Shown: positions 26,882 to 36,682, counted from the stretch's first letter. The stretch is DNA of 64,000 nucleotides from Bacillota bacterium (GCA_031553915.1 JAVBKT010000002.1:271642-335641); one strand, 5' to 3'. Program-made: numbers and translations. The notes: generated from the letters alone by a model not told the origin.

Positions 26882-27232
26882 ATGGCAAAAAATTCCAGCA
26901 AAGCTGATGGAAACCGCGGTGAGGATATTGCCGCGCGCTTTTTGAGCCGCTCAGGCTACAGCATACTTGAGCGCAATTTTCGCCAAGGCCCGGGAGAAAT
27001 AGATATTATCGCCCAGAAAAAGGGTATTATCTATTTTGTCGAAGTAAAGGCCCGGCATAGCAGCAAATTTGCCACCCCTGCCGATAGTGTTACGCCCAAC
27101 AAAAGAGGTCATATTGCCAAGGCTGCGTCATTGTGGTTTGCCAAGCACGGTGAGAGCGACAGCGGCTTTATCGTTGCGGAGGTTGATCTTAACAATGAGG
27201 CTGTCTATTTAATAGAAGATTTTTTGCTCTAG
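26882..27232 (+). CDS. yraN: YraN family protein
   Basis: GEIDIIA and FVEVKAR motifs; follows rnhB. Confidence 0.92.
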   Translation: MAKNSSKADGNRGEDIAARFLSRSGYSILERNFRQGPGEIDIIAQKKGIIYFVEVKARHSSKFATPADSVTPNKRGHIAKAASLWFAKHGESDSGFIVAEVDLNNEAVYLIEDFLL

Positions 27233-27308
27233 CAGTGTTAATAATCACTCTTTTGTCATTTGACAAACAGATGGATAATATGATAGTTTATAGCCGTTAA
27301 GCTTAAAC

Positions 27309-27330
27309 TAAGCATCATTTAAGCATCATT
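27309..27330 (+). repeat. 11-bp perfect tandem repeat upstream of the dxs SD
   Basis: TAAGCATCATT x2. Confidence 0.8.
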
Positions 27331-27346
27331 ACTGGAGGAATATTTT

Positions 27347-29209
27347 TTGAGCCGATTGATTGATACAATTAATAGTCCGGCTGACTTAAAAGGCTTGTCC
27401 ATAGATGAACTGGCCCAGCTAGCAGCGGAAATCCGGGAAATGATCATTGCCACTACTGCCAAAAACGGCGGGCATCTTGCGCCTAATCTTGGCATAGTTG
27501 AGCTAACCTTGGCTTTGCACTATGTTTTTGATACCCCAAAAGACAAGTTAATCTTTGACGTGGGGCATCAAAGCTATACTCATAAAATTATTACCGGACG
27601 CAGGGAGCGTTTCAGCTCTATCCGCACACCGGAGGGCTTAAGCGGCTTTTGCCTCAAAGAAGAAAGCGAGTATGACTGCTTTTCTACCGGGCACAGCAGC
27701 AATTCCATTTCTGTAGCTTTGGGCATGGCAACAGCGCGTGACCTCTCCGGCTCCACGCATAAAATTGTCGCTATCTTGGGTGACGGCGCCTTAACCGGAG
27801 GCGTGGCCTGGGAAGCGATGGATCATGCCGGCGATATGAAAACGCCGTTGATGGTTGTCTTAAATGACAACAGCATGAGCATTGACCGCAATGTGGGCGC
27901 CTTGAACAGCTATCTCTCTCATTTGCGCTCCAACCCCGGCTACCGCAACGCCAAAAAGAAAGTGCGTAATTTTCTTTTGCACATTCCTTTGATTGGCAAG
28001 GGCTTGGTTCGCTTTATCAGCGGCTTTAAGCATTGGTTGAAATCGCTGTTTGTCAGCGGCATGATTTTTGAAGATATGGGCTTTACCTATCTCGGTCCCA
28101 CTGACGGGCATAATCTGGAAGAGATTATTGAGATTCTGCGGCGCGCGGCGGAGATACAAAAACCGGTCTTTTTGCATATGGTGACGCAAAAAGGCAAGGG
28201 CTATGCCCCAGCGGAAGAACACCCTTGCGGCTGGCATGGGGTAGAACCTTTTGATGCTGCCACCGGCACTCCGCTTAATAGCAGCCTCAACCTCACCTAC
28301 ACCGGCGCCTTTGGCGAAACCATGCTGGGCTTGGCTGAGGAGGATGAGCGCATTATCGCTATCACCGCAGCGATGGCAGACGGCACCGGCTTGACTGCTT
28401 TCAAAAAGCGCTTTCCCGGGCGTTTCTATGATGTCGGCATTGCCGAGCAACATGCCATTTCCTTTGCCGCAGGCTTAGCCTCTGCCGGAAAAAGGCCTGT
28501 GGTGGCTATTTATTCCTCTTTCATCCAAAGAGCATATGACCAGATCCTGGAAGATGTTTGCCTGCAAAAGCTGCCCATCACCATTGCGCTGGACCGCGCC
28601 GGTATTATCGGCAGCGATGGCTATACGCATCAGGGGATTTATGATATATCCTTCCTGCGCAGCATTCCCACCTTGACCATTATGGCTCCGTCCGATGCCC
28701 GCGAATTGCGCTCGATGCTGCGCTTTTCCTTGAAAATGGCTCAGCCCGCGGCTATCCGCTATCCCAAAGGCATCTCAACCGATCTGCCTCTGGCCATCCC
28801 GGAAATTGAGCTTGGCAAAGCGATTGTGATTAAGGAAGGCTCAGACATGGCCTTTTTTGCCCTGGGCTCAATGGTATCCGTTGCTTTGGAGGCGGCGTCA
28901 TTATTGTATCATCAGGGAATTTCCGCCCAGGTGGTCAATGCCCGTTTTGCCGCGCCTCTTGACCAGGATATGCTAACGCAATGCGTCCGGGACTGTCAGG
29001 GGAGAATTATTACCGTTGAAGAGAATGTGCAGGCCGGCGGTTTTGGCGAAGGATGTCAGGCTGCCATCAATGGACATGGCGCTGATATTATTATTGCTGC
29101 CCTACCCAATAAATTTATCCCCCATGGTAACCGAGCCCAACAGCTGGACCAAATGGGCCTGAGCGCGGAAAAACTGGCTGAGACTGCCAGGCAAAAATGG
29201 TTTAGGTAA
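27347..29209 (+). CDS. dxs: 1-deoxy-D-xylulose-5-phosphate synthase
   Basis: GGHLAPNLG, GDGALTGG...LNDN TPP motif, GIAEQHA. Confidence 0.98.
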   Translation: MSRLIDTINSPADLKGLSIDELAQLAAEIREMIIATTAKNGGHLAPNLGIVELTLALHYVFDTPKDKLIFDVGHQSYTHKIITGRRERFSSIRTPEGLSGFCLKEESEYDCFSTGHSSNSISVALGMATARDLSGSTHKIVAILGDGALTGGVAWEAMDHAGDMKTPLMVVLNDNSMSIDRNVGALNSYLSHLRSNPGYRNAKKKVRNFLLHIPLIGKGLVRFISGFKHWLKSLFVSGMIFEDMGFTYLGPTDGHNLEEIIEILRRAAEIQKPVFLHMVTQKGKGYAPAEEHPCGWHGVEPFDAATGTPLNSSLNLTYTGAFGETMLGLAEEDERIIAITAAMADGTGLTAFKKRFPGRFYDVGIAEQHAISFAAGLASAGKRPVVAIYSSFIQRAYDQILEDVCLQKLPITIALDRAGIIGSDGYTHQGIYDISFLRSIPTLTIMAPSDARELRSMLRFSLKMAQPAAIRYPKGISTDLPLAIPEIELGKAIVIKEGSDMAFFALGSMVSVALEAASLLYHQGISAQVVNARFAAPLDQDMLTQCVRDCQGRIITVEENVQAGGFGEGCQAAINGHGADIIIAALPNKFIPHGNRAQQLDQMGLSAEKLAETARQKWFR

Positions 29210-29215
29210 CTATAG

Positions 29216-30025
29216 ATGAAAGAAGAAAAAAAGCGGCTGGATATCCTGCTGACTGAACGCGGACTCTTCCCTTCCCGCGAGCAGGCAAGGTCAGCGATTA
29301 TGGCAGGAAATGTGCTGGTCGATGAGCAAAAAATTGATAAAGCCGGGGCTGCGGTCAAGGAAAGCTGCCAGATTCGCCTGCTTGGCGAGCGGCTGCCTTA
29401 TGTCTCCCGCGGGGGCCTCAAACTAGCCAAGGCCATTACCAGCTTTGGGCTCGATTTGGCGGGAAAAACTATTATTGATATTGGCGCCTCCACCGGCGGT
29501 TTTGTCGATTGCGCTCTGCAAAATGGCGCTGCCAAGATCTATGCTGTGGATGTGGGCTATAATCAGCTGGCCTGGAAGCTGCGCAATGACAGCCGCGTGG
29601 TAGTGATGGAAAAAACCAACGCCCGCTATCTGGACCAAAGCCTGATCACATGTAGCGTGGACATGCTTACCGCTGACGTTTCTTTTATCTCGCTTAGCTT
29701 GGTGATCCCGCCTGCTGCGCAAACCCTCTTGAAAGACAAGGGAGAGGTTGTGGCATTAATCAAGCCGCAATTTGAGGCAGGAAAAGCAGCTATCGGCAAG
29801 GGCGGTATTGTCCGCGACAAAGCTACGCATAAACAAGTAGTGGAAAAGATTATCGCTAACTTTGAACAAAACAATCTCGGTATCCGCGCTCTGGACTATT
29901 CGCCGATTACCGGAGCTGACGGTAATATTGAATATCTGATCTATGCGCAGAAAAACAGCCCTTCTCTACCGTTTGATCTCGATAAAATTATCGATGCCGC
30001 ACATCACGAGCATCATAAAAATTAG
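29216..30025 (+). CDS. tlyA: TlyA family RNA methyltransferase
   Basis: N-terminal S4 domain; YVSRGGLKL; DIGASTGGF. Confidence 0.96.
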   Translation: MKEEKKRLDILLTERGLFPSREQARSAIMAGNVLVDEQKIDKAGAAVKESCQIRLLGERLPYVSRGGLKLAKAITSFGLDLAGKTIIDIGASTGGFVDCALQNGAAKIYAVDVGYNQLAWKLRNDSRVVVMEKTNARYLDQSLITCSVDMLTADVSFISLSLVIPPAAQTLLKDKGEVVALIKPQFEAGKAAIGKGGIVRDKATHKQVVEKIIANFEQNNLGIRALDYSPITGADGNIEYLIYAQKNSPSLPFDLDKIIDAAHHEHHKN

Positions 30026-30051
30026 CCCCCTGCTCGCGCGGGGGCTCTTTT
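30024..30051 (+). terminator. Terminator after tlyA
   Basis: AGCCCCC/GGGGGCT hairpin followed by CTTTT. Confidence 0.7.
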
Positions 30052-30101
30052 ATAAATAAAACTTTGCCTGGTCATTAGGCAAACAAATAGGAGGTATAGT
30101 C

Positions 30102-30458
30102 ATGGATCTGGCCGTAAAATATGCGACAATAATAGTGAAAGACATGGATGAATCAATCAAATTTTACACGGAAACAATGGGCTTTGCCATTGACAGCCAA
30201 TATCATCCCCAGCCGGGAACAACTATCACCCTGATGAAAGGCAAGGGAGAGGCCATGATAGAGCTGATCCAATCAGCCGCCTATGATGTCGGCTTCTATT
30301 CAGTGGGTATGGAGGTTGAAAATTTGCTCACTGCTATAGCAGAGCTCAAAAGCAAAGGGGCCAAGATGATCAGCGAGCCTCTGCCCACATTAGTTGGCAG
30401 CCTGGCCTTTTTGCAGGACCCCAATGGCGTCACCATAGCGCTGATTCAGCATGACTAA
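30102..30458 (+). CDS. VOC/glyoxalase family protein
   Basis: VKDMDESIKFY and FLQDPNG motifs. Confidence 0.88.
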   Translation: MDLAVKYATIIVKDMDESIKFYTETMGFAIDSQYHPQPGTTITLMKGKGEAMIELIQSAAYDVGFYSVGMEVENLLTAIAELKSKGAKMISEPLPTLVGSLAFLQDPNGVTIALIQHD

Positions 30459-30504
30459 TTAGTACTGCTTTTAATTTGTAAGCTAAAACCAAATTATCCT
30501 AAAC

Positions 30505-31437
30505 TTAATCCTTAAGATATTTGGCCAAAAAAGCATCGACTGTCTGCCAATAGAGCTCCGGCGCTACTGAGGAAGATTTGCCATGGTCAGCGCCATGAAT
30601 AATCACCTTTTCTTTGGGGCAGGTTGCTGCTGCATAGAGCTTCTCTGTCATCCAATAAGGGATCATATGGTCATCATCGCCATGGAAAAAGAGCATGGGC
30701 GTGCGGCATTTTTGCACCTGTTTTAAGGCGTCGCCGTCGCGGCGTAAATTATAGTGGTTATAAACGCGGTTCCAAAAAGCAAAGGCATACATAACTGGAG
30801 TTATCGGCAGCTTATAATATTCCCGGCACATAAAACCAAATTCTTCCCACACCGAGCTATAGCCGCAATCTTCAATAGCGCAAACTACATTTCCGGGCAG
30901 TTTATCGGTTTCGCCCAAGGTCATGGCCACAATGGTGCCGCCCATCGAAACGCCATGCAGGACAATCTCCTCCGGGGCATATTCTGTGTTTAGCTTGTCC
31001 AGCCAGCCCAGCAGATCATAATGCTCAGGCCAGCCCATGCCAATAATATTATCCTGGCTGCGGCCATGAGCGCGGGAATTGGGCATCAAAATGCTATAGC
31101 CCCTCTTGTCATATTCAGCAGCCAGCGTTGACATGCACTTGGCATTGCCGGTATAGGTGTGGCAAATCACTACCCACCTGGGGCTGCCGCGGTCAATCAC
31201 ATAGGCGTGCAGACGCAAGCCATCATAGGACTGCTGGTATATTTCTTGATAGCCGGAATGCTCCAGCCAGGAAAAATCAAGCTCAAAAGGAGATTGGTTT
31301 TGCTTTTTCAGTCTTTGACTCATCTTAGCGCTGCCGCCGCGCCGGAGCATCATCATAAAGGCAAAATGACCTACGGCGAGCAAGGCAATAACTGCCAGTA
31401 TCAGCACTATGATCAGAATAATTATCGCTATTTTCAT
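30505..31437 (-). CDS. Membrane-anchored alpha/beta hydrolase
   Basis: N-terminal TM; GVSMG nucleophile elbow; FHGDDD; H near C-terminus. Confidence 0.9.
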   Translation of the reverse strand: MKIAIIILIIVLILAVIALLAVGHFAFMMMLRRGGSAKMSQRLKKQNQSPFELDFSWLEHSGYQEIYQQSYDGLRLHAYVIDRGSPRWVVICHTYTGNAKCMSTLAAEYDKRGYSILMPNSRAHGRSQDNIIGMGWPEHYDLLGWLDKLNTEYAPEEIVLHGVSMGGTIVAMTLGETDKLPGNVVCAIEDCGYSSVWEEFGFMCREYYKLPITPVMYAFAFWNRVYNHYNLRRDGDALKQVQKCRTPMLFFHGDDDHMIPYWMTEKLYAAATCPKEKVIIHGADHGKSSSVAPELYWQTVDAFLAKYLKD

Positions 31438-31612
31438 GGTATTTCCTTCAGAGTTAATCCAAATTTGACAGTTTTGTTATATTATCATTTTTTGCCGCTT
31501 TTGTCTATAGCCACCAGTCATCAACTGATTATCTGTCTTAACACTTTGGCTTGCAGGAAAAAAGTTGTAATTCATAGAAATAAATAGCAACCCTATACAA
31601 AGGAGAGACTTT

Positions 31613-32485
31613 ATGAGCAATTATCAAATTATTACTGATGCTACTGCTGATCTGACCTCAGATCTCGCTACAAAATTTGCTGTCGACACTATCCCGATGG
31701 AGATTAATCTCGACGGCGCTGTTTTTACCTATGTACCCGGCGGCGGAAACATTTCCGTGCAAACGCTATATGAAAAAATGCGCGCCGGCGCCAATACCTC
31801 TACCAGCCAAATCAACCCGCTGGTCTACAGCGAATATTTCGAAAAATACCTGCAAAACGGCATTGATGTTTTATATATCTGCTTCAGCTCCGGCCTGAGC
31901 GCGACGATTCAAACCGCCACCATGATTGCAAACGAGTTGCAAGAAAAATATCCTGAGCGTAAAATTAATATTGTCGATACCCTCTGCGCTTCTGTTGGTG
32001 AAGGGCTGCTGGTATATGAGGCTGCCCGCCAAAAAGCCGCAGGATTGGATCTTGATCAACTGACCGCTTGGCTGGAAGAGAATAAGTTGAAACTATGCCA
32101 TTGGTTCACTGTGGATGATTTGATGTTTTTGAAACGCGGCGGCCGCATCGGCGCCCTGAGCGCTGCCATTGGCACAACGCTCAAAATCAAACCAGTGCTG
32201 CACGTTGATAATGACGGCCATCTGATCAATGTTAAAAAGGCTCATGGCCGGATTAAATCTCTGCGCGGCATGGCAGAGGAAATGAAAAAGACGATTATTC
32301 CGGAAATGGGTAATGATATTTTCATCGGACACGGAGGCTGTATGGAAGATGCCCAGCAGCTTTCCGCAATGATTGCTGAGGATTACCCTGATATGGATAT
32401 CAGCATCTGTGATATTGGCCCGGTTATTGGCGCCCATGCCGGCCCGGGTGTGCTCGCCCTCTTTTTCTGGGGTACAACTCGATAA
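31613..32485 (+). CDS. DegV family fatty-acid-binding protein
   Basis: ITDATADL, TSQ, SSGLS, LKRGGR, GAHAGPG. Confidence 0.95.
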   Translation: MSNYQIITDATADLTSDLATKFAVDTIPMEINLDGAVFTYVPGGGNISVQTLYEKMRAGANTSTSQINPLVYSEYFEKYLQNGIDVLYICFSSGLSATIQTATMIANELQEKYPERKINIVDTLCASVGEGLLVYEAARQKAAGLDLDQLTAWLEENKLKLCHWFTVDDLMFLKRGGRIGALSAAIGTTLKIKPVLHVDNDGHLINVKKAHGRIKSLRGMAEEMKKTIIPEMGNDIFIGHGGCMEDAQQLSAMIAEDYPDMDISICDIGPVIGAHAGPGVLALFFWGTTR

Positions 32486-32499
32486 ATTGGACACAAGCC

Positions 32500-32529
32500 A
32501 AGGCCACTTGTACCCATACAAGTGGCCTT
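32500..32529. terminator. Terminator between convergent degV and yqeG
   Basis: 13-bp stem AAGGCCACTTGTA/TACAAGTGGCCTT. Confidence 0.75.
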
Positions 32530-32570
32530 TCTCTATACCTTGACTGCTGGCTTATTTCGTCATACGCCAG

Positions 32571-33068
32571 CTATTTTTTAGTTTGCCACCGCTGTTTAAT
32601 CAGCCGCTCTATCGGTCGGGAAAGCCTCCGGGTGCCCCAAAACTCATCCACGCTAATCATTTCCGTAAATATGGTATAAAACCCGGCCCGTTTGCCGCCA
32701 TAAATATCGGTCAGCAATTGGTCGCCAATCATCGCCAGTTGCTCAGGCGGCAATCCCAAACCACGGCTGGCCTTGGCAAAAGCAGCTTTGCGCGGTTTGC
32801 CGCTGCTGCCATAGATCGGGATATCCAGCCAAGCTTTGAGCAAATCCACCTTTTCTCTATGGCTGTTGGAGAGGATGCAGACAGCAAAACCCCTCTGTTT
32901 CAGTTCGTCAAACCAGGCGATTAAATTGCTGTCCGGATCATAGCTATGCCAGGGCACAACAGTGTTGTCCAAATCAAAAACCAGGCCGCGTATGCCCTGC
33001 TGCCATAGTTTGTCAAAATCTATATCCTGAATCTGCTGCACATGCATATCCGGTGCAAATCGGCTCAT
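32571..33068 (-). CDS. yqeG: YqeG family HAD IIIA phosphatase
   Basis: DLDNT, LSN, KP and IGDQLLTDI motifs. Confidence 0.93.
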   Translation of the reverse strand: MSRFAPDMHVQQIQDIDFDKLWQQGIRGLVFDLDNTVVPWHSYDPDSNLIAWFDELKQRGFAVCILSNSHREKVDLLKAWLDIPIYGSSGKPRKAAFAKASRGLGLPPEQLAMIGDQLLTDIYGGKRAGFYTIFTEMISVDEFWGTRRLSRPIERLIKQRWQTKK

Positions 33069-33070
33069 AA

Positions 33071-34078
33071 TCAACCCCTGACCAGCTGAAAAACTGCTCT
33101 CGTCTCTCCTACTTTATCGTTTTGACAATTAATATTGTCAAAATAACTAAACTTGTTTAATTGTTGCTGCTCCACCTTGCTCAGCAAATCCATTTGCATA
33201 AGTACGCTGATCACTGTCGGCGCCAGCATTGCGCCGTTGCCATCCTCAATTTTTACAGCAATAGCAATATCTTCATTGTGCACAGCGGCGCAATAAACGC
33301 CGTCTGCGCCCAGCTTGCCAATAATCCTGCCTTTGGTTGCTGTAATCAGATCTGTACAAAAACAGCCAAAAGCAGCTATCATCTGAGGGTATGCAGCTAT
33401 CGCGCTGATTATACGCCGGGCAGCTTGCTCTCTTACTCCGTCCAGGGCTGTGGGATTTGCCAGCTGATGATAAGCAAAGGCCATCCGCGAGAGCGGCAAG
33501 GCAAACACCGGCACCCCGCAGCCATCAACGCCGATGATAATATCCTCCGGAGCAATGCCCGCGTAGCCGGCCACTGTTTGGCGAATCAAAACCTGCACCG
33601 GATGCGTAGGGCGCTGATAATCAGTTATATCCCAACCCATATATTGACATATCGCCAGCATGCAGGCGTGTTTCCCTGAGCAGTTATTATAGATTTTGCG
33701 CGGCTGAACCCCTTCAGCGATCCTTTTCAGCCGCAATGCTTCGGAAAAAGATAAATCCGCACCCAGGGTCAGCGCTGTTTCATCCAGGCTCAGCTTGTCC
33801 AAAATAGCCTGCAAGGTTTCCACATGATAATCATCGCCCATATGCGAGCCGCACATCACCGCCAGCTCAGCCTCTGAGATGCCAAAATGGTCGATAGCGC
33901 CGCATTCCAGCGCTGCCGAAGTTTGCAAAGGTTTGGCAGCGCTGCGCATATAGGTCAGATAATCAGGATCGCCCAGATAAGCAATGGGCTTGCCATCTCT
34001 GCCGACAACCGCAATATTACCGCGGATGATATTCTCTACCAAGGGGCCGCGCGTTGTTTCGATAATAATTTCGCTCAT
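33071..34078 (-). CDS. Class 3 (Rhizobium-type) L-asparaginase family protein
   Basis: RSAAKP, CGSH, NCSGKH and KLGADG motifs; ATG 34078. Confidence 0.88.
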   Translation of the reverse strand: MSEIIIETTRGPLVENIIRGNIAVVGRDGKPIAYLGDPDYLTYMRSAAKPLQTSAALECGAIDHFGISEAELAVMCGSHMGDDYHVETLQAILDKLSLDETALTLGADLSFSEALRLKRIAEGVQPRKIYNNCSGKHACMLAICQYMGWDITDYQRPTHPVQVLIRQTVAGYAGIAPEDIIIGVDGCGVPVFALPLSRMAFAYHQLANPTALDGVREQAARRIISAIAAYPQMIAAFGCFCTDLITATKGRIIGKLGADGVYCAAVHNEDIAIAVKIEDGNGAMLAPTVISVLMQMDLLSKVEQQQLNKFSYFDNINCQNDKVGETRAVFQLVRG

Positions 34079-34176
34079 CTGATCACCTTTTTTACGCAAC
34101 AATCCGCAACAAAGACGATGCGGATTGATTCATTAATATTATTATATATTTTCTCCGCTGGGGCAATTTTATCCTG

Positions 34177-34872
34177 CTAATCTGCATGCTTATGAATAGC
34201 GCGGGCCAGCTTTTGCACTGCTTTTTTCTCGATACGGCTGACATAGCTGCGGGATATGCCCAGCTGCTTGGCTATTTCTCTTTGCGTAATCTTTTTGGTA
34301 TCGCCAAGACCATAGCGCAACCGCAGTACAAAGCCTTCTTTTTCATCCAACACATGAAAATGTTCTTGCAACAGCTGCAATTCCTCATCCTGCTCCACCT
34401 TTTCCTGAGCAGTGGCTTCCTTGCTGCCGAGAATATCAATCAAAGACACTTCATTGCCTTCTTTATCCGTACCCACCGGATCATAGAGGGATACTTCTGT
34501 TTTCTGGTTTTTGATCGAGCGCAAATACATCAACACTTCGTTCTCAATACAGCGGGCAGCATATGTAGCCAGGCGGGTTTTACGCTCCAAAGAAAAGGTA
34601 TTGATACCCTTAATCAGGCCGATGATGCCAATCGAAATCAAATCATCGCGGTCAACGCCGCTGCTTTCAAATTTCTTGCAGACATGGGCCACCAGGCGCA
34701 AATTATGAGTGATGAGAATACGCCTGGCCTCTTCTGAGCCTGCTGCCAAGGCCTGCAAATTCGTTAATTCTTCTTCCTCTGTCAGCAGAGGCGGGAAAAC
34801 ACTATTGTGTAAATACCCCAGAAAAAAACGCATATAGTATACCACTCTTTGCCAGAAATGTTGATATATCAT
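34177..34872 (-). CDS. sigK: Sporulation sigma factor SigK, uninterrupted
   Basis: FPPLLTEEEE, HNLRLVAH, DDLISIGIIGLIK, TQREIAKQLGISRSYVSRIEKKA; alternative ATG at 34833. Confidence 0.93.
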   Translation of the reverse strand: MIYQHFWQRVVYYMRFFLGYLHNSVFPPLLTEEEELTNLQALAAGSEEARRILITHNLRLVAHVCKKFESSGVDRDDLISIGIIGLIKGINTFSLERKTRLATYAARCIENEVLMYLRSIKNQKTEVSLYDPVGTDKEGNEVSLIDILGSKEATAQEKVEQDEELQLLQEHFHVLDEKEGFVLRLRYGLGDTKKITQREIAKQLGISRSYVSRIEKKAVQKLARAIHKHAD

Positions 34873-34899
34873 ATGCGTTCTTACGCTTAAGGTGCTTGT

Positions 34900-36636
34900 T
34901 TATATTCCTTCTAAAAGAGCCAAATCATCAATTATTTTTTTAAAAATGCTCGCCGCCTCTGTTCCGCCGCTGCTGCCGTCCGCTACATAGATAGCAATAA
35001 CATAGAGCGGCTGTTCCGCTGGCGCAAAGCCGCTGAACCAGACGCCAAAATCTTGGGTGGTGCCTGTTTTGCCGCCCGCATCCACATATGCTCCCTGAGC
35101 TTTGGCAGCCGTACCGCTGTTTACCGTCTCAATTAGCATCTGCTTGAGCGTATCTGCCAGCGCTGCTGAAATAATGCTCTTTTTTTCTGCCAAAGGAAAG
35201 GTCTCTATTGCCTGATTATCCTGATCATAAATGTCTTGTACCAGCCGTGGAACAACCAGATAGCCGCCATTGACGCAGGCTGACATCATCACTGCTGATT
35301 GCAAAGGGCTGATGCGGATGCCCTTTTCACCAATAGAGGCATTGGCAATATCGCCATCAATATATGAAGAAAAATCAAGATGCCTAGCTAAAGGCAGCTC
35401 GTAGCCAATTATGACATCGCTCTCCATACCAAAACGCTCCGCATATTCTTTAATCACCTCACCGCCTAAAGCCAAGCCCAAAGCGACAAAATAGCAGTTG
35501 CAGGAATTAGCGACAGCTTCGGTCAGTGTTTGCTCGCCGTGGCCTTCTTTGTTCCAGCAGGCGACATCATAGCCCTCTGCCAGAGTATAGGCGCCGTCAC
35601 AATAAAATGTGGCTGATGAAGCGGCATAGCTCTCTGCTGCCGCATCCGTATCACTGCTGCCATCATCGGTGGTATCGGTGTTTGCCGCGGCTGCCAGCTG
35701 ATTGGCAGTTTTTGCTCCTTCCGGGAGTGGTTCCGCCCCTGTTTCCAGGGCTGCCGCAGCGAGGATAATTTTGAAGGTTGATGCCGGCGGATACAGCGAA
35801 AATGCCTTGTTGACATAAACATCATCCGCAGCCAGCTCCTCCCAGCCATAGGGGTCATAGCCGGGCAGGGAAACAGCAGCCAGAATATCGCCGCTTTCCG
35901 GATCCAGAATTACGCAGGCACCGCTATGGCTGCCAAAAGCGCGGGCGGCAATTTGCTGATAGTCAAGATTAATTGTCAGCTGCACATTATTATAGACAGG
36001 GTCTTCCTCCTCCAGCAAATACAGGTCGTCTACGCTCAACTCTCCGCCGGCGTCAACATAAGCGACAACCTGTTTATCAACCCGGCCGCTTAAATAGGCA
36101 TCATACTCTTTTTCCAACCCGCTGGCGCCGATATATGCGCCGTTCTCCCCTTGCGGCAGCAGCATGCCCAAAAGATGATTGAGCGGATATTCTGAGCTAT
36201 AGCGAGCGATCAAAGGCAAAGCAACAATGCCTTTAATATCTGCGACAGTTACGGCTTTAGTTTGCACTGAGCTTAGCCCTGTTTTTAAGATATAAGGAGA
36301 ATTGGTGCGGCTATTATTGTCATAGATGCGGGAAATAATAGCATCCTGCTCCAGATCAAGCAAAGGCTGCAAAATTGCTGCCGCTGCTTCCACATCATCC
36401 AGCATAGCCGGAAAAACAACTAAACAATTCTCTTCTATCCCGGTTAAGGGACGGCCCAAGCTATCATAAAAATCACCGCGCGCATATTGGTAATAGTCAA
36501 GATGGCGCGTTTGTTGTTTTTCGCTCATCGCTTGCAATTGCTGGCCCTTGACCAGGCTGAGATAAGCCACCCGGCCAACTATCACCACGAATAAAAACAA
36601 AAAAAGCATACCCAGAGCAAAAAGTTTGCGCGACAT
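34900..36636 (-). CDS. Class B penicillin-binding protein
   Basis: N-terminal TM; STFK (SxxK), SCN (SxN) and KTG motifs. Confidence 0.92.
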   Translation of the reverse strand: MSRKLFALGMLFLFLFVVIVGRVAYLSLVKGQQLQAMSEKQQTRHLDYYQYARGDFYDSLGRPLTGIEENCLVVFPAMLDDVEAAAAILQPLLDLEQDAIISRIYDNNSRTNSPYILKTGLSSVQTKAVTVADIKGIVALPLIARYSSEYPLNHLLGMLLPQGENGAYIGASGLEKEYDAYLSGRVDKQVVAYVDAGGELSVDDLYLLEEEDPVYNNVQLTINLDYQQIAARAFGSHSGACVILDPESGDILAAVSLPGYDPYGWEELAADDVYVNKAFSLYPPASTFKIILAAAALETGAEPLPEGAKTANQLAAAANTDTTDDGSSDTDAAAESYAASSATFYCDGAYTLAEGYDVACWNKEGHGEQTLTEAVANSCNCYFVALGLALGGEVIKEYAERFGMESDVIIGYELPLARHLDFSSYIDGDIANASIGEKGIRISPLQSAVMMSACVNGGYLVVPRLVQDIYDQDNQAIETFPLAEKKSIISAALADTLKQMLIETVNSGTAAKAQGAYVDAGGKTGTTQDFGVWFSGFAPAEQPLYVIAIYVADGSSGGTEAASIFKKIIDDLALLEGI

Positions 36637-36682
36637 AAAAAGCCCTCCTCTTTCACCTTATTATTGGCAAAAGAGAAGGGCT
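36637..36682 (-). terminator. Probable terminator of metK
   Basis: AGCCCT..CTCTTTT / AAAAGAG..AGGGCT hairpin with a T run on the minus strand. Confidence 0.55.

Noticed and set aside
27233-27346. OLE RNA and oapA, often found upstream of dxs-tlyA
   Set aside because: The spacer is only about 110 nt and AT-rich; no OLE or oapA is present.
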